A stretch of 64,000 nt of DNA from Crassostrea angulata (GCF_025612915.1 NC_069116.1:6090123-6154122), one strand, 5' to 3'. Shown: positions 12,188 through 24,436, counted from the stretch's first letter. The notes: generated from the sequence alone by a model not told the origin. Numbers and translations are program-made.

Positions 12188-12352
12188 CTCCTGTTCTCTA
12201 ATTTCATTCTGTGTCAAATCATTTGTTGCTGCACATTCATTTCGTAAACCTAGCAGTAGTTTCGCTGTGCTATCTATCATAGTTTGTATGAATTCCACAT
12301 TTTTCAGAGTTTTCTCGATGACTTCGTTCTCTGCGTCTGAAGAGTCGGACAT
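12188..12352 (-). CDS. KSR: Kinase suppressor of Ras (KSR)-like first coding exon, CA1 N-terminal helix
   Basis: ATG at 12352 (- strand) encodes MSDSSDAENEVIEKTLKNVEFIQTMIDSTAKLLLGLRNECAATNDLTQNEIREQE. The segment LRNECAATNDLTQNEIR matches the conserved KSR CA1 segment LRTKCAVSNDLTQQEIR. GTGAGC donor. Confidence 0.7.
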
Positions 12353-12565
12353 TTTGTCACCTGATTATCTATATATACTGTTTATGTACATGCTGTCCGA
12401 CAGATTGATGCAATTACATTTCAAGTCATGTTTCAGGTAAACATCAAACACCGTAGTCGGATGACAAACGACGGAAAATATCCAATGACTTTCGCCATCT
12501 TGAATCTTGTTTAAGTCTCGCCAATCACGTGATTTAAACGAGACTTTAAAAATTGCCGGGAAAAA
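12353..12565. promoter_or_regulatory. Shared divergent promoter region between the KSR-like (-) and RFC5-like (+) start codons
   Basis: 213 bp separate the two divergent ATGs. The region contains ccaatcacgtga (a CCAAT box overlapping a CACGTG E-box) followed by a tttaaa/ttaaaaa stretch. Confidence 0.45.
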
Positions 12566-12618
12566 AATGTCAACAAAAGAGTATCCAACAACTGATAGAA
12601 ATAACCCAAATTTGCCAT
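12566..12618 (+). CDS. RFC5: Replication factor C small subunit (RFC5-like), exon 1, beginning at the start codon
   Basis: ATG at 12566 encodes MSTKEYPTTDRNNPNLPW. The ending NLPW matches the N-terminus of human RFC5. GTAAAC donor at 12619, phase 2. Exon boundaries were recalled by eye, not computed. Confidence 0.7.
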
Positions 12619-12744
12619 GGTAAACACTTTGAGTTTCGTGTTTTTGAGTTTTTGTTGTTGTTCATGTCAATAAGTAGAATGCAAATCACCTATCAATATT
12701 CACGAGTAAGATTTCACACATGAATTTGAACATCAATATTATAG

Positions 12745-12809
12745 GGTTGAAAAGTACAGACCTAAGCAGTTGGATGAACTTATTTCTCACAAAGATATTA
12801 TCTCAACAA
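12745..12809 (+). CDS. RFC5: RFC5-like exon 2
   Basis: tattatag acceptor. Encodes (W)VEKYRPKQLDELISHKDIIST, matching RFC small-subunit VEKYRP. GTAAGT donor at 12810. Phase is consistent with exons 1 and 3. Confidence 0.8.
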
Positions 12810-13326
12810 GTAAGTATTTATTCTCCATTAAAATTTACTCAATGCATAAAGTTAACAGTTAGCTCTCTCCCTACTGGTTTCAGAACTAGCAGAGACGTAA
12901 ATATATATTATTAAATAATAATGTTTTCGTCCCTGACACTATACTCTGTCCCGAGTTTTTGCTTCCACCACTTTTTGCCTGATATTTCAATAATAGTAAA
13001 TACCTTAGTGCTCAAACTACGTTCATTCACTATAGTCTGTCCCAAGATATTTATGCAGCACATTTGGACGATTTTAAAAAAAAATACACATACCTGTGAA
13101 AGAAGTGCACTTGTAATAGTTGAAAGGGTTAATTTCCAAGATAATTTCATTGACACATTATCAACTGTCACTTAGAAAAAATCACAGGAACGAAAACAGA
13201 TTCCTTACTGAGATTTATAACGGGGAATGTTTACATCTTTACTCCATTCGGAATACATCGCGCAATTTTTCAACGTTATCATCCGGGCTTGCTGCAATAC
13301 AAAATCTCTGTAGACATCACATTTTT

Positions 13327-13852
13327 GGGAGTTGATTTTAATCAACTCTCCTATGCACTTACTCGGACAAAGCGAAAGTGAAACAGTGTTTGGACCTAAG
13401 CACAAATCAATACCGCTGACAGCACTTAGTTCTGGAAAATATTCGATAAATTTGATGCTCTGTATTCTGAAGCATTGTTTTTCAAGAAAACTTATTTATC
13501 AATACCATGAAAATAATAAGATTTTAAATTGTACAAACAGTTTAGTTATTTTGTAAAGTCGTATGTATTCCTACGCTAGAGTTCAATGTAGTCTCGTTCA
13601 ACCAGACGCTAGGCTGTCTCTGTCGATATCCGACAAAATATATCTTGCTTGTCGGAGATAAACGGAGACAGCCGAGTGTTTGGTTGAACAAGACAAGAGT
13701 TCAATCTTGCCTGGATCCATACAATTTCTCAGAAATATTTCGATTACTGATACTACTTGCCATGCAAAATCACATATTTATCATTTTGAATAAATGATAA
13801 TCGATAAAATCAACTCCCGTCAGTACTTCAGTACTTTGATTTAGCATTGTAT
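13327..13852 (+). mobile_element. Foldback/MITE-like non-autonomous element, copy 1 (in RFC5 intron 2)
   Basis: Starts with the palindrome GGAGTTGATTTTAATCAACTCTCC. The 3' end is ...TAAAATCAACTCCCGTCAGTACTTCAGTACTTTGATT, giving terminal inverted repeats (TIR) GGAGTTGATTTTA/TAAAATCAACTCC. A long internal inverted repeat (cgttcaaccagacgctaggctgtctc ... gagacagccgagtgtttggttgaacaa) is also present. Three copies share the same ends. Confidence 0.75.
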
Positions 13853-15883
13853 TGAAACCTGATACGCTAACAGGGGCGTTTCGACTGAGAAATCTTGGAA
13901 ATTTTTAATACTTTTGAATGAACATTGTTTGAACCCTGAGGTATTACAAATACCATTAAAAAAATTGTTTTTGTTCCTGTGAAATTTTATGAGTGAAAAG
14001 GGATAATTGTTCAATGAAGATATCTTGGATATATTCCCTTTCATCGATTTCAATTGTATTTTTTTCACAGGTATGTGTATTTTTATTAAAAATCATCAAA
14101 AATTGATGGAAGCAATAACTTGGGACAGACTGTAGGATTTATTAGGTACAGCACAATCTCTTGATTATATAATTGGATGGGAGAAATAGTGAACTGCGTT
14201 TTCCGAATCTCTAGTCAGGTGCTCTACCAGCTGAGCTTTCTGGTGCCATTATTCGAAATGGTTTGACCGGCACAATTATATTATATCCCAAATGGGCTAT
14301 TACTGTATTTTCCCGACGACTCGTCGATGCGGACGACTCGTCGAATTGCCCATTTTTAGCCAAAATTTTAACAAAATCCTACGATGCATAGATCTCAGAC
14401 CATACGTCGATCTTATCACTTCAAAATGGCCTATAAAACTGCAGTAACATTATCAGTGTATGATGCCACGATGTCACCGATATTGCTACCAATTGCAATT
14501 ATTATTAATGATTAACATTTAAACAATTACGCTTTATACTTATGCATCAAATTTTCAAATACCGGCAACTTCTACAAAGTCGCTTGCATTTTAAACAATT
14601 CCCGATATCGCGTGTTATGCAAAACTAAACTTACTTTGTCAGAAATATTTTATTCCCAAGCATTAAAATAAGTATCCACTCTGACTATCGCCAGTGTATT
14701 CGCCATTACGTAACCAGCCACCTGTTGACTCGGCGCGTGGTCAATGTTTGTTTAACAATTTCCGGTGTCATAGGCATGCACCTGTCTCGTGTCGGACTTC
14801 AAAGGGGGATCTCAAGTGCAGAAAGCTTAGCAATTACTATGATTTGATGAAACTTGTTTACTTTGTATCAAGTAATGCAGTTACACGCTATTGTTTTACA
14901 TAGACACTGTTAGAAATAGATCGATCATTTGTACGACTTGATAATGACGATATACGACATACATACGTTTCCTAAGAAAATTGTCTAACAATAATCAAAG
15001 AATTGGACAATAATTAATCAATGAACTATAATCACTCTTATAACGGTACTCTTTTTATACACAGGGAGTGAAATTGCCGTAAAGATCTCACCCTTAGGGC
15101 ATGATTATTAACACAACCGGTGTCAGCCTATTGTATAAACAATAGTATTGATAATTGCCGATTACGTATTTTAAGATTGAATTTGACCATTAAATATTTC
15201 TGATTTATACTTTCCACTAACAACTCTTTACAAATAAAATAATTAAATTTAAAAAACATCCCCCAGACCTACTGCAATATTTTCTTCCATTCAAACTTGG
15301 TTTCAATTTTACTGCGCAATGTTATCTTCCTATAAGTGATACATAGAACCATGTGACGATGTCACGGATGTGTTTATAAAAACGGAACGGTAAAACTTTT
15401 AATTGATTAAAGACAATGTAACATTTTTTAATAACTGTTGTTATTATTATGTATTTAAGTGTTGACAGATGAGTGAAAATGATAATTATTAAAGATGAAC
15501 AGTGAATTCAACAACGTAATTTTTAATCACACAGCCAACTCAAGATGATTAAAACCAAGATTTTTAATGCTATTTTTAATAAAAATTTTCTGACATCGAG
15601 CCTACGACAAGTCGATCAAGACGATAAGTCGGGTGCTCTGCTTCAGAGAAAAAAAATACCGACTAATCGTCGGAAAAATACGGTAGATTCCATTTGGGCA
15701 ATTGGTCCCAACCTGATGAAAATCAAGTTTTGATCCATACATTTCTGAATGGCCCAGGCTGTATGTAATGCAAACCATTTGATGCATTAGTTATTGTGAA
15801 CAATGAGTACATAGAACATTAGTTTTGCAATTTAAAGCATTAAAAAAGTAGTACTTTTGTTTTCTATATCTCTCTTTTTTTAG

Positions 15884-16020
15884 TTGATAAATTTGTTAAA
15901 GAAGACAGACTGCCCCATCTTTTGTTTTATGGACCTCCAGGAACAGGAAAAACCAGCACTATTCTTGCAGTAGCAAAGCAGATCTACTCTCCCAAGGAAT
16001 TTAACTCTATGGTGTTGGAG
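15884..16020 (+). CDS. RFC5: RFC5-like exon 3 (Walker A / P-loop)
   Basis: tttttag acceptor. Encodes [52 protein letters not shown] donor. Confidence 0.85.
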
Positions 16021-16936
16021 GTGACTTGTTGCTTCATTTTACCTGGTCATACATAAAAGTTTTATATGCAAGCCTTTTTTTTGAATGTTTATCATGTTTT
16101 TAGTCCCAAAACCAACATTAACGAATAATCAGGCAACATAGTTGTAATTTTATGTCCCATACGAGAAATAGAGTCTGCACAAGCTTTTACACAATATGTA
16201 TTATCAGTATTACTTGTTATAATGTCACAGAAAATCAACCAGAGGAATGACAATATTAACCATGTTAACAGAGAAATACTTAAATAATGTATGTTTGTTA
16301 TAAGAAATAATGTTTTGATATTTTATCATTTTGTTCATAGACTTTGAATTTACATGTATATGCAAAGTGTGCTTCATAAGATGTATTTGACTAAATTCAT
16401 GAAGCAAACAATTTTCTGAATTTGGCATTTTTGTATGACAAAAAACGGGTTAAAACTCAAACAACAGAATACATAGTTATCTAGGGTTGATAATAAAATA
16501 AAACTACAAATGCAACTGTTTGTATATTGATAAAACATTGCAAGAAAACGAACAGATTTCATACGACTTTCTTGTTTCTCTATCAGCAATGTTAACCTCA
16601 TGACGTCACAGTTCATTTTGCACCAAATTTGGCTTCATTAAAAAACTGTTCAAGTGTGAAATCGGGTTTCCCGAAACATCTTGAAAAGTAATTGCGCAAT
16701 CGCAGTAAAAATTTTAGGATGCTGGTTTTTATTTCACATAGATTTCCATTATATCAAAATTGACTGACATTGCAGGTACCCTTTAAATTTTATCAGTGTG
16801 TATCAGCATTTATTACTGATAATTTTTCTGGGTAATGCCTGCAGTAAAAATTTTTATCCTATCTGGAAGGAATTATAACATCATGATAAAAGAAAACAAT
16901 GTCCTTATTAATATTGAACTCTACTTTTATTTACAG

Positions 16937-17016
16937 TTGAATGCATCAGATGATCGAGGAATAGGTATAGTGCGGGGACAGATTCTCAGCTTTGCAAGTA
17001 CAAGAACTATATTTAA
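16937..17016 (+). CDS. RFC5: RFC5-like exon 4
   Basis: ttacag acceptor. Encodes LNASDDRGIGIVRGQILSFASTRTIFK, against human LNASDDRGIDIIRGPILSFASTRTIFK. GTATGC donor, phase 2. Confidence 0.85.
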
Positions 17017-17275
17017 GTATGCATCTGAATTTTCATTTCATTTTATTTTTCATCAATAATTTGAAAAACTGACACCTCTAAAAAATTTAATTTGCTATAC
17101 ATGTTATTGAATAAAATTAAATGTTGTAAAGTAATACATGTATATTTAATATCCTCTTACTCTTTTTAATAATCATTTTACAAAATCCTAAATTCTAGAA
17201 ATATCTAGGGATCTCTAATAGCAGAAAATTTATTTTTCAGCTTCAATGTTCATTACTGTTTTGTTACTTACTTAG

Positions 17276-17349
17276 ATCTGGTTATAAGATTGTGATACTA
17301 GACGAGGCTGATGCTATGACAAGAGATGCACAAAATGCTTTACGTAGAG
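17276..17349 (+). CDS. RFC5: RFC5-like exon 5 (DEAD-box-like Walker B)
   Basis: Encodes (K)SGYKIVILDEADAMTRDAQNALRR. GTGAGC donor, phase 1. Confidence 0.85.
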
Positions 17350-17546
17350 GTGAGCGTCCTCTGTAACAAATAAATACAACATCTGATTCATACTGTTCAA
17401 CCGTTATGTATCTGACATAATTATTGTAAAGAATGAGATTCAAAATTTCATCACAGGAATCATAAAATTTGATGGAAAAGTGATAAATTGAATGATATTG
17501 CTTAAAAATGTAGTGGTCTATTGTATGTAGTTTTTGAATTTTTTAG

Positions 17547-17706
17547 TCATTGAGAAGTTTACAGAGAACACACGTTTTTGCATCATCTGCAATTACCTTT
17601 CAAAGATCATCCCCGCTCTCCAGTCTCGGTGTACTCGCTTCAGGTTCGGACCTCTGGGTACTGACCAAATGGTGCCACGCCTTCAGCATGTCATACAACA
17701 AGAACA
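17547..17706 (+). CDS. RFC5: RFC5-like exon 6 (sensor region, SRC motif)
   Basis: ttttag acceptor. Encodes VIEKFTENTRFCIICNYLSKIIPALQSRCTRFRFGPLGTDQMVPRLQHVIQQEQ. GTAAAT donor, phase 2. Confidence 0.85.
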
Positions 17707-17918
17707 GTAAATATTTACATTTTATATGATTTAAGGCTAATGATTTTTGACATGGCAGCTACTGAAGTACCTTCTGTGAATCCTCAGTGCTAAGAAAAAT
17801 CATTTTGTACATGCATTATATACTGACAAAAAGCATTAGTTATTTAGCGCTTCCTGAATGATTTCTGCCAAAAAAAACTTGAATTTCAGATAATTGAGCA
17901 TTTTGTTATTTTTTTCAG

Positions 17919-18000
17919 ATGTAATGTCACAGAGGATGGCATGAAAGCCTTAGTTACTCTAGCCAATGGTGACATGAGGAAAGCTCTAAATATTCTCCAG
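17919..18000 (+). CDS. RFC5: RFC5-like exon 7
   Basis: tttttcag acceptor. Encodes CNVTEDGMKALVTLANGDMRKALNILQ. GTAACA donor, phase 0. Confidence 0.85.
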
Positions 18001-19127
18001 GTAACATTCCTAGGAAAATAGAGTGAAAGATTAATTTACATTAAAGTATAAACAGCATACTGTTCACACTTGCATATGATGTGAAGCATATTTCGTATGT
18101 ACAGAAATTTAATACAGTAAAACTCATTTAGTACGAACATGGATATAGCGAAATCTCGGATATATCTAAGTTTTTTTAGTCCTCAGTAAAATTATTAACA
18201 AATCTTTGCAAAATTTTACAGTATAACAAATTTGGATATAAAGAATTTACAGATATAGCGAACTGATTTTGAGTTCCGTAGAGGTGAATAATGATGAAAT
18301 TTAACACTTTTATTACAAATTTCTTTACAGTTTAAAATGTTTGCACTACCATTTCACATAATAGTTCAAATGAATTTATTTTCACATAAATTTTTCAATT
18401 TACAATCCGATTATTAAAGGTATCAAAGAATGAATTTTAATTCTAAGCCTCAATTAGCAAAAAATGTAGTCTGGTAAAAGAAAACATGTATAAAGTGAAT
18501 TCGCCATAGTTAATATAAGGAATTCGTTATACGGATATAATGAATTACGGATATAACGAAGTTAATCTATTGGCCCCTAGGACTTCGCTTTAACCGAGTT
18601 TTACTGTACAGCAAAATGAAATCTTTATGCACTCTTCATTTTGTAATTTATATGTTTGATGTACTCCGACCCATGGGTAGGTAGTAGCTCTTTTTTAAAT
18701 TTTCTTGCACATCGATAAACTATTTTTTCTTGTACTGAGAATGCTAAACAAATTCAAAATTCATTGACACAGAAACATAGTTTAAATGTGTTTTTAATAT
18801 GACATGGGCAATCAATTTTTTTAAAAATCAAATTTAAAATGGAGAATTTCAACGGGTTGGTTGAAGTACATCAAACAAATCATTTTTTTTAAATTTATTA
18901 TAGAAAACATAATTTTTCAGAGAGAGCATGTTATTGATTTTGATTATAAATCTCTCTTAGTAAATGATAAAATGTAAGTGGGAAAGATTGGCACTGGCTT
19001 ACAAAACACAGATAAATTTATGAATATTGAGTATGTTCAATGACTGGCAAATATTAACATGGTTTTCTAACTAAAATCTGCACTGGATGTGCATAACTTT
19101 TAATATAAATCAAATCACCGTTTGCAG

Positions 19128-19257
19128 AGCACACATATGGCTCATGATGTGGTGAATGAAGACAATGTTTATACATGTGTGGGCCATCCACTTAGAAGAG
19201 ACATAGAAAACATCATCAACTGGGTCCTGAATGAGAATTTCACCTCTGCGTACAACA
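19128..19257 (+). CDS. RFC5: RFC5-like exon 8
   Basis: tttgcag acceptor. Encodes STHMAHDVVNEDNVYTCVGHPLRRDIENIINWVLNENFTSAYN. GTATCC donor, phase 1. Confidence 0.8.
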
Positions 19258-19400
19258 GTATCCTTTAATGCTTTTGTTTTTTATTTGTTTAGCCCAATCT
19301 AGAATTTCACATAAACTATCCAAGCCAGGGTTTTTGATGTTATATGAGAGCAACTTATAATATCTCTTTTGCATTTTATTGATTCTTAAAGGCTGCTAAG

Positions 19401-19478
19401 ATATTTTAGAAATGAAGACAGAAAAAGGTCTGGCTCTTCAAGATATCCTGACAGAAGTTCATACATATGTACATAGAC
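19401..19478 (+). CDS. RFC5: RFC5-like exon 9
   Basis: Encodes (N)ILEMKTEKGLALQDILTEVHTYVHR, against human NITELKTLKGLALHDILTEIHLFVHR. GTGAGT donor. The acceptor is a weak AG after ctaag, so the exact 5' boundary is uncertain by a few nucleotides. Confidence 0.7.
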
Positions 19479-19704
19479 GTGAGTTGAGAATGCTATTATT
19501 TTAGATTTGGCTTGATATATAACTTTACATTTAACTGGGTTATATATATATATTTTATCTGCTGACAAATCATGAAAATTAATAATAGAAAATTTTGATA
19601 TGATGTACATGTAGCTCTGTATTTGAAGTGTCCTAAACCATGATAAATGAAACTATATTTCGGTCATTAGTCAAGCTTAACTTTTGTTATTTTTTCAATT
19701 TCAG

Positions 19705-19759
19705 TTGACTTACCAATTAATGTAAAAATTCATCTTCTGGACAAAATGGCAGAAGTAGA
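19705..19759 (+). CDS. RFC5: RFC5-like exon 10
   Basis: tttcag acceptor. Encodes LDLPINVKIHLLDKMAEVE. GTAAGT donor, phase 2. Confidence 0.8.
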
Positions 19760-21229
19760 GTAAGTAACTTACAATGTCTTTTACAATATATCTGTATACT
19801 AAATAAATGTGTATGCTTACTTAACATCATTAAATTGTTTTTTTAATGTACAATATAAAAATACTCATTATTCATGTAAATTAAAGTAAGTATAAAGCTA
19901 GTTTCCTAAGAAAATCTATATTATAAGTTGTATTAAAATGTATTGTTTGCTGTATAATTTTACATGTGTTTAAGATCTATATATTAATTGCACCTTTTAA
20001 GTTTAAACCTCCTAATAGTTGTAGAGAAAAAATTGTCATACCCAGACTCTTATTATAAACTCTTAAGCAAGTATTTGAACAGTAATATATGTAGCATTTG
20101 TCAGTAAAGAAAGATAAGTTTTGAAAATTCAAGGTCTCCAATCCCCAGATATTTTAAGTCAATTTGTAATAAAGTTTTTTTTTTAGCAAAATCCCTTTAT
20201 ATCTGGATATAAAGTAAAATATATTTATGCATGGTCATATGTATGATGAGCATAAAGGCTACTTTCAAAATTGATCCTTTGGTTTCAGAATGCTTAGATC
20301 TTGTAGCAAATGTGAATAACTAATTACAAATGCATACAAAGTTGACAATTCTAATCAATATAATCCTCTTTCAATCTTTCCTAAATGTGAATTAACACAC
20401 TGTCTTACTAACGCACCAACATATATCGAGATACCCATATCCCCTCAAAAATAAAATGCATGAGGGGATAACAATATATACAAATCCCTCCTGGACAATC
20501 AAAAACACACATCACCCTAACACAAACCTCCCACTTATTTTTCACAAATTTTACAGTCTTCTGGTTACGTTTTAGAGAACATCAGCCTATCCATGTATTT
20601 TTCTATTCATCATTAAATGTTTTTACATGAAAAAAAATATACATAAGGGCCTAAAATGCCCCCCTAAATTAAACATCATATATGTATTTTACTGTACTAA
20701 TATATGTTTTTGTTATGAATATGTCGTCTATCCTTTCCAGCCATTTTTCAATTTTTTTCAATGGCTTATATTAACGCAGTTTTTCTTTCAGAAAACATTG
20801 AGCACAGGCTTAAACAAAGAAAATATTTTCATCAAACTTTAATATTACAAGACTAATGAAAGACTAAGATTTTGCTTGTTCAAAACTTTATCCTATATTT
20901 CCCATCTGAAAAAGATAACGAAAATGCACATATTGGACTGATTTTTTTGAATTCTAAATATAGCTTCACTTATGACATCTGATACTGCCAGTTTATAAAA
21001 TTTATTGAGATGTATATATGAAAAATTACATCATATAACAATTCTCCTACAAAACAATAAAACAATTCATATGCCTAAAAAGTATTGAAAAAGTTGAAGT
21101 ATGGGGGCCAAATTTGACTCTTTTCATATATAGTTCTCAAATCTATTTTTGATGTTAATGACACATTCATGATTTATAGAAAAATATATGAAGAGAAACA
21201 AGAGGACCATGAGCCACAACAGTTTGTAA

Positions 21230-23950
21230 CAATCCATTTCGTAGCATATGCTATTTTTATTTTAAATTTTTAACCTTTTCTGGGGCCCAAGTATTGGTCT
21301 GGGGTTTATGGTTGGCTTTAACAATTTAAATTATACACTATTTGAGGATCCTTGCATATTAATCTCACAAACTTTAGCATTGTAGTTCTTGAGAAGAAAG
21401 TTTTTAAACATTTTTATTTCTATGTTAAACTTTGAACCCCTCTTGAGGCCCCAGTAGTAGTTGGGTGGTCACAGCCTTATTAATTTAGAATCTACATTAT
21501 TTAAGGATGCTTTCAACTTCACAAATTGAAGCATTGTAGTTCTTCAGATGAAGATTTTTAAACATATACCTCTATATTTTTATGTTAAACTTTTAAGCCC
21601 ATCTGGGGCCCCAGTATTAGATGGAGGCTTTTACAATTTAGAATCTACGCTATTTTAGGATGCTTACAAGTAATTTGACAAATTGAAGCATTGTAGTTCT
21701 CAAGAATCTTATTGTCCAAGGTTGCATTCATAGCAATCTCACAAATTATAGCATTTTAATTCTCGAGAAGAAGATTATGAAAATTTTTAACTTTGAACCC
21801 ATTTTAGGGCCCCAATATTAGTTCGGGGGGTCATGCTTTTACCAATTTAGAATCTACAATAGCCATGGATGTTTAGATAGTAATCCACAAACTGATGCAC
21901 TGATGTTCTTGAGATGTTCCCTATACATGTATATTTCTTATTAACTTTGAACCCTTCCTGGGGCCGAAATATTAGTCTAAAGGTAACGTCTTTAAAAATT
22001 TAGAATCTTCACAATATGAGGAATCTTTCATAGTAATCTCACAAACTGTAGCATTGTAGTTCTAAAGAAGATTTTTAAAACACTTTTCCTCTATACTTCT
22101 ATGCTAAACTTTGAACCCCTTCTGGGGCCCCAGTGTTGGTCTGGGGGTCACAGCTTTTACTATTTAGTCTAGGGGTAACCTCTACCAAAATTTAGAATCA
22201 TCACAAGTTGAGGATGCTTGTATAGTAATCTCACAAACTTTAACATTATAGATCTCGCAAAGAAGATGTTTAAATATTTATTTCTGTGTTAAACTTTGAA
22301 CACCCTTGGTGCCCCAGTATTACCGGTAGTCCGGAGGTCACGAATTTACTAATTTAGAATCTACAATAGCCAAGGATGTAGTAATATCCCAACTGTTGCC
22401 TTGTAGTTCTTGAGAAGAAGATTTTTAAACATTTTCTTAAATACCGGTATGTTAAACTTTGAAACCCGTCTGGGGCCCAGTTATTGTCCGAGGTCACGAT
22501 TTTTTGGAGTTGATTTTAATCAACTCTCCTATGCAGTTACCCGGACAAACCGAAAGTGAAACAGTGTTTGGACCTCAGCACAAATCATCGCTGCTGACAA
22601 GACTTAGTTCTTGAAAATAATTGATAAATTCGATGTAATGTATGCTAAAGCATTGTTTTTCAAGGAAACTTATTTGAAAATAGTCAGATTTTAAAAGATA
22701 CGAACAATTTAGATATTTTTTGTAGTCGTATGTATTCCTACGCCAGAGTTCAATATAGTCTCGTTCAACTCGACGCTCGGTTGTCTCCGTAAATCTCCGA
22801 CAAACAGAGAGTCTCTCTTGCTTGTTGCAGTTTACGGTGTCAGCCGAGCGTTTGGTTGAACGAGACTAGAGTTCAATATTGCTTGGATCCATACAATTTT
22901 CGAAAATATTTTTATTACTGATACATAGTTTGATTGAATTAAATTTATCTTTAAATATTATTTAACATGATTCATATGGGGGTTTCTCGACATTCTTGTC
23001 GAAAAAGTCCAAAAATTCATATTATAAAAATGTGCGTAATTCAAATACAAATTAGAAACTGCATGTACTTGTCATGCAAAATAACATATCATTGACTTTA
23101 AAATAAAATCAACTCCCGTCAGTTCTTCAGTACTTTGATTACAATTAAGAATCTTCAGTTTATATACAAGCTTCTGTATAAATATTGGCATTTCTGGTGA
23201 AGTGTTTCCGCATCTTGAGGAGAAGTATTTTTAAACTTTTCCCCTATGTGATTCAATGTTAAAATTTGAACCCCACCTGGGGCCCCAGTTTTGGCCCAGG
23301 GGTCACAATTTTTACAATAATGTTTACTATATATAAGCTTTTGTGTAATCATTTGCATTTCTAGTGCAGTGGCTCTTGAGAAAAAGATTTTAAATTTTTT
23401 TCTTTCATATTTCTATGTTAAACTTTGACCCCCGCCTGGGGCCCTAGCTTTAACCCAGAGGTCACAATTTTACAATTTAGAATTTTTAATATTTTTTCAG
23501 GCTTTTTTGTAAATATTTGGGTGGAGGTCACGGTTTTTACAATTTAGAATCGTCACTATATACAAGCTTTTGTGTAAATTTTGGCATTTTTGGTAAAGTT
23601 GTTCTTGAGAAGAAGATTTTCCCACAGATTTCTATGTTAAAATTTGAACCCCTCCTTAGGCCTCAGTTATGGCTCGAGGGTCACGATTATTACAATTAAG
23701 AATCTTCACTATATAGTAGTATTCAAGCTTGTATGTAAATATGGGCATTTATGGTGCCGTGGTTCTTGAAAAGAAGATTTTAAGACTTTTTTCTAGGTAT
23801 TTCTATGTCAATATTTGACCCCGCCTGGGGCCCCCGATTTAACCTAGGGTCACGAATCTTCACTGCATATACACATGTATATATTCAAGCTTTTGTGTAA
23901 ATATTGGCATTTTTTGTGCAGTTGTTCTTGAGAAGAAGCAATTGCCTCCT
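21230..23950. repeat. Satellite-like tandem array of about 150-200 bp units (about 14 units) inside the last RFC5 intron, interrupted by a nested element
   Basis: Recurring core aaactttgaaccccNcctggggccccagtattgg...atttagaatctacaat...attgtagttcttgagaagaagatttttaaa repeats about every 155-200 bp. The array is split by the insertion at 22506-23150. Confidence 0.8.
22506..23150 (+). mobile_element. Foldback/MITE-like element, copy 2, nested in the satellite array
   Basis: Same termini as copy 1. The flanking sequence on both sides continues the tandem-repeat unit (ggtcacgatttttt | element | acaattaagaatc), which shows a clean insertion without an obvious target-site duplication (TSD). Confidence 0.75.
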
Positions 23951-24339
23951 TTAAAAAGGGATTAGCACTTTGTTTTAACATTTAGACTCCCCTTCCCCTA
24001 AGGATACTTTGTACCAAGTTTGGTTAAATTTGGCCCAGTGATTTTAGAAAAGTTAAAAATGTGAAAAGTTTTTGGACGGACAGACGGGCGACGGACAAAA
24101 GGTGATCATAAAAACTCACTTGAATCTTCGGTAAAAGTGAGCTAAAGAGGGCGTTATTTTCTACACTGGGGCTCAGATTCCTTGTCAAGCCTTGGCAAAG
24201 TCTTCTCCAAGATCATGAATCCTTTTCCCTTGATGGAATTTTACTCTCAGATGAATTGTAAATGGAAGTTTATGATCACTCCTGGAGAATAGAACAAAGT
24301 AAAATACTGTAATCTGATTATTTTTTGTTTTACTTTCAG

Positions 24340-24436
24340 ACATAGGCTGGCCTCTGGCACCAATGAAAAGATCCAGCTTTCATCTCTGATAGCTGCATTC
24401 CAAGTAGCTCGAGATCTCATTGTTCAAGAAACATAA
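24340..24436 (+). CDS. RFC5: RFC5-like terminal exon with stop codon
   Basis: tactttcag acceptor. Encodes HRLASGTNEKIQLSSLIAAFQVARDLIVQET*, against human YRLSVGTNEKIQLSSLIAAFQVTRDLIVAEA*. TAA at 24434-24436. Confidence 0.85.

Noticed and set aside
14180-14262. tRNA-like segment on the - strand (GGCACCAGAAAGCTCAGCTGGTAGAGCACCTGACTAGAGATTCGG...)
   Set aside because: It has a D-arm-like GCTCAGCTGGTAGAGC, but the anticodon and T arms do not fold into a cloverleaf. It is likely a degenerate tRNA-derived repeat fragment rather than a tRNA gene.
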